This document shows positions 8,144 through 10,851 of a stretch of DNA of 10,851 bases, one piece after another. Every line of letters begins with the position of its first letter. Position 1 is the first letter of the stretch. Origin of the DNA: Planctomycetota bacterium (lineage in GTDB: Bacteria; Planctomycetota; Planctomycetia; Pirellulales; Lacipirellulaceae); the NCBI GenBank assembly GCA_039190745.1, contig JBCCXZ010000095.1, forward strand, positions 1-10,851, read 5' to 3'. The translations under genes were made by a program, and so were the position numbers. A model generated the notes under the pieces. It was not told the origin of the DNA, did not search any database, and saw only the letters and a list, made by a program, of their open reading frames with translations.

Positions 8144-9124
8144 ATGAGCGAGAAGCCCGCAGCGGCTGAGTACCTTTCCGAGGCGCACGCCGGTTCCGAC
8201 GAGATCGGGAAGGAGTGGGACCAGGACAACCAGCAGTGGTGGGACTGGTACATGTCGCTCGCGGAGAACAGCGAGGCGAACGAGCCTCTGATCGAGCTGC
8301 CGGCGCCCCCCGACGCGACCGAAGCGAGCGACGAGGTGTTTAGTGCGGAGCTCGCCGAGCCGATGCCGATCTCGCCGGAACAGGTCGGAGCATTTCAGCG
8401 TGACGGCTTCATCAAGCTCAAGCAGGTGCTGTCGCCGGGCACGCTCGCCAAGCTGCGGAGCGAGCTTGTGCGGTTGTTCGACCAGGCCGGCGACGGCGTC
8501 GGTAACCGATTCGGCAGCCTGGAGATGATGTGGCAGCACAGCCAAATCATCAAAGCGTTTGTATTCAGCCCGCGGCTGGCACAGTTGGCGGCCGACCTGC
8601 TCGGCGTCGCGGCGGTTCGGCTGTACCACGACAACGGCATGTCGAAGCAGCCGGGTTGCGGGCGGACCCCGTGGCACTACGACGGCCATCACTTCCCGAT
8701 CGCCACGGACAACGTTTGTACGGTGTGGGCTCCCCTTCAAGCGATCCCCGATCCGATGGGGCCGTTGGGCTTTGCGAGAGGCCTCGGGTTGGTGGAAGCC
8801 CTAGAGGATATCCCGTTCAATAAGTTCGACACGAGCTACGACCGCCAGATAATCGATCGCTTTGCGGAGACGTCGGTTGAGGTCGACATCTCCGCGTTCG
8901 ACCTGGGCGAAGTGAGCTTCCACCACAACTTCAACTTCCATACCGCGGGCCCAAACCGCACGACGACGCAGCGGATGGTGCTGGCGACGACTTACTTTGA
9001 AGACGGGGCTCGGGTGATCGACTCCCCGCACATGGTGAACGGCGACTGGCGGCAGTTTATGCCCGGGGTCGAGCCCGGGGAGGTGATCGACACGCCGCTC
9101 AATCCTGTTCTTTACCGCCGTTGA
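8144..9124 (+). CDS. PhyH-family Fe(II)/2-oxoglutarate-dependent dioxygenase with N-terminal extension
   Basis: FQRDGFIKLKQVL, RLYHD...KQPG...TPWHYD (HxD), TVWAPL...MGPLGF, GEVSFHHNFNFHTAGPN (distal His) and the 2OG-binding Arg in QRMVLA. Strong SD AAGGAG at 8133-8138. Confidence 0.9.
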   Translation: MSEKPAAAEYLSEAHAGSDEIGKEWDQDNQQWWDWYMSLAENSEANEPLIELPAPPDATEASDEVFSAELAEPMPISPEQVGAFQRDGFIKLKQVLSPGTLAKLRSELVRLFDQAGDGVGNRFGSLEMMWQHSQIIKAFVFSPRLAQLAADLLGVAAVRLYHDNGMSKQPGCGRTPWHYDGHHFPIATDNVCTVWAPLQAIPDPMGPLGFARGLGLVEALEDIPFNKFDTSYDRQIIDRFAETSVEVDISAFDLGEVSFHHNFNFHTAGPNRTTTQRMVLATTYFEDGARVIDSPHMVNGDWRQFMPGVEPGEVIDTPLNPVLYRR

Positions 9125-9158
9125 TAGACGGCGGCATTCACCTGCTAGAAGGACACCG

Positions 9159-10058
9159 ATGACCACAAGCGACGTGCCCGAGTCGACCTTCGAGCGGAGC
9201 TGCCTGCACTGGAGCGAGCAGGGGCGCGAAGAGATGGACGCGTTCTACAAGCTTGCGACGGTCGACTATCGGTTGCTGGCCGAGCAGATCGGATGGGGCC
9301 GGTTGCTCGCGGGGCTCGAAGCCGTTGGCGGCGGCTCTCTGCGGCTGCTCGACGTGGCGTGCGGCAGCGGTCAGTTCCCGAGCGCCCTGTTGCAGCACGG
9401 CGGGATCGACGGCAGCGGCTTGGGGCGGGTCGAGTACTCGCTGCTCGACCCCTCGACGTACTCGATCGAACTGGCGCGGCAGAAGTTGACGGGGCCCTTC
9501 GAGCCCGCGGAGGAATACCCCTGCACGGCGCAGGATTTCCCCGCGACCGAGGAGTCGTACGACGTGGTCTGGGCGACCCACGCGCTGTACTGCGTTCCCG
9601 CGGCCGAGGTATCGGTGGCGGTCGGCAAGATGGTCGAAGCGCTCGACGCCGGCGGAATCGGCTTTATCGCCCACGCGGAAAGCGACTCGCACTACCTGCG
9701 GTTCCAGGAGCTGTACCTGCAAACCGAAACGGGGCGCGGCCGCGAGCCATATTGCAACGCCGACACCGTGTGCGGGGCGGTTGAGGCCTTGGCGCCCCAG
9801 AAGGCGGTTCACTGGTCGATCGGCTACGAGGGCGTCGTGCCGATTGAGGACAAAGAGACCGCCGAACGGTACCTGCAGCGCTGCCTGTTCGACGACTCGC
9901 TGAGCCTCGAAGCGATGATGGAGTGCGATCGGCTCGGGCCTTACCTGCGTGGTTGCCAAGACGAGGCGGCGGGCCTTTGGCGGTTCCCGCAGCGGGTGCG
10001 CCTAGTCTTTTTCGGCGAACGCGCCGCGGGCATCGAGGACTACCGGCTCAGCCGTTGA
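9159..10058 (+). CDS. Class I SAM-dependent methyltransferase
   Basis: Motif I LRLLDVACGSG, acidic end of beta-2 (YSLLDPS), and motif II/post-II YDVVWATHALYCV. SD AAGGA at 9149-9153; 34 bp downstream of the dioxygenase. Confidence 0.88.
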   Translation: MTTSDVPESTFERSCLHWSEQGREEMDAFYKLATVDYRLLAEQIGWGRLLAGLEAVGGGSLRLLDVACGSGQFPSALLQHGGIDGSGLGRVEYSLLDPSTYSIELARQKLTGPFEPAEEYPCTAQDFPATEESYDVVWATHALYCVPAAEVSVAVGKMVEALDAGGIGFIAHAESDSHYLRFQELYLQTETGRGREPYCNADTVCGAVEALAPQKAVHWSIGYEGVVPIEDKETAERYLQRCLFDDSLSLEAMMECDRLGPYLRGCQDEAAGLWRFPQRVRLVFFGERAAGIEDYRLSR

Positions 10059-10085
10059 TCAACGCCGGGTGGGGCGCCACAGGGC

Positions 10086-10851
10086 TTAAGGCGTGGGGCT
10101 TGCCGGGCAGGGCTCGACGACGAACGCGTCGACAGGGTGCTCGACCATCACCTGCCCCGATACGGTTTCGGCCACCGACCGAAGGTACGTGCGGCAGCCC
10201 TCTTTAATGGAAGTATGGAAAGCGTCGCTGTCTGCCTGGGTGATAAAGTCCAGCAGCATCCGGCCGCCGGAGCTCTTGTCTTCGAAGCAGGGTGTTACGT
10301 CGACCTTGGCGTCGATCCGGTCCTCCCGGAATGCGAGGCCGCTGTCGTCGAGGTGCTGACGCACGCAGCCGCTGAACCAAATCGCGTCTTCGCCAGAAGT
10401 GGGCCAGAAGCAGTCGGAGAGGAGGTTGAGTTCTGCTTTAGGGGCCTGCAGCACGGCGAGCCGGCCCTGAGGCGCGAGGCGCCCAAGCAGGTTGTCGATC
10501 GAGTCGGCGGGGTCGCTCAGGTAGTAGAGGCTGTGGACGGCGTGGATCAAATCGAATCGCAGGTCTGGCTCAAGCCGCTCGATGCCGTGTTCAAGGACGA
10601 CGAGCTCGACGTTCGGCGGATTGAGAGCCTCGAAGCCCTCCCGGAATCGACGGCAGGCGACTGGATTGGGGTCGACCGCGGTATAAATGACCTTCCGACC
10701 GTCGGCCGCTACCGCGTCGAGGAGCGGGAGGTCCAGGATGCCGCTGCCGCAGCCCACGCTGAGCACCCGCAGCGGAGAGGCTCCGGTGAACTCCTCTGCG
10801 ACGAGGCGCGCAAGCCACTCGAGGATTTGGAGCTGCTGGTTGCTGGAACGC
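10086..10851 (-). CDS. Class I SAM-dependent methyltransferase, histamine N-methyltransferase-like; 5' end outside the window
   Basis: The frame is open from the window edge: RSSNQQLQILEWLARLVAEEFTGASPLRVLSVGCGSGILD... It contains YTAVDPN and FDLIHAVHSLYYL (cf. HNMT ILSIGGGAG and WDFIHMIQMLYYV), plus LLDFIT. The ORF-track start at 10766 is internal. Confidence 0.85.
   Translation of the reverse strand, partial: RSSNQQLQILEWLARLVAEEFTGASPLRVLSVGCGSGILDLPLLDAVAADGRKVIYTAVDPNPVACRRFREGFEALNPPNVELVVLEHGIERLEPDLRFDLIHAVHSLYYLSDPADSIDNLLGRLAPQGRLAVLQAPKAELNLLSDCFWPTSGEDAIWFSGCVRQHLDDSGLAFREDRIDAKVDVTPCFEDKSSGGRMLLDFITQADSDAFHTSIKEGCRTYLRSVAETVSGQVMVEHPVDAFVVEPCPASPTP

Noticed and set aside
8129..9959. 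Minus-strand ORFs 8129-8740 and 9138-9959
   Set aside because: Antisense shadows of the dioxygenase and methyltransferase, which have clear motifs and SD sites on the plus strand.
10059..10085. Bidirectional intrinsic terminator between the convergent methyltransferases
   Set aside because: Only a 4-bp stem (GTGG-GGCG-CCAC) and no U-tract on either strand.

Overview
GC-rich bacterial DNA; a PEP-CTERM gene suggests a diderm, possibly a planctomycete (inference only). From left to right: (1) the 5' part of a REP-associated tyrosine transposase (RAYT/TnpA-REP) on the minus strand, missed by the ORF track because it runs off the window edge; (2) an inverted pair of GTAG-type REP palindromes (a REPIN) that fills most of the intergenic gap to the next, divergent gene; (3) cardiolipin synthase and an EEP-family (YbhP-like) hydrolase; (4) a lower-GC insert encoding a secreted PEP-CTERM protein; (5) a GH63/MGH1-like glycoside hydrolase on the minus strand; (6) an uncharacterised small-molecule cluster made of an MFS transporter, a PhyH-family Fe(II)/2-oxoglutarate dioxygenase with an unusual Trp-rich acidic N-terminal extension, a class I SAM methyltransferase, and a convergent second (histamine-N-methyltransferase-like) methyltransferase truncated by the window end. 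The best leads are the MFS/dioxygenase/two-methyltransferase cluster and the RAYT-REPIN unit, whose repeats appear to overlap the promoters of both flanking genes.
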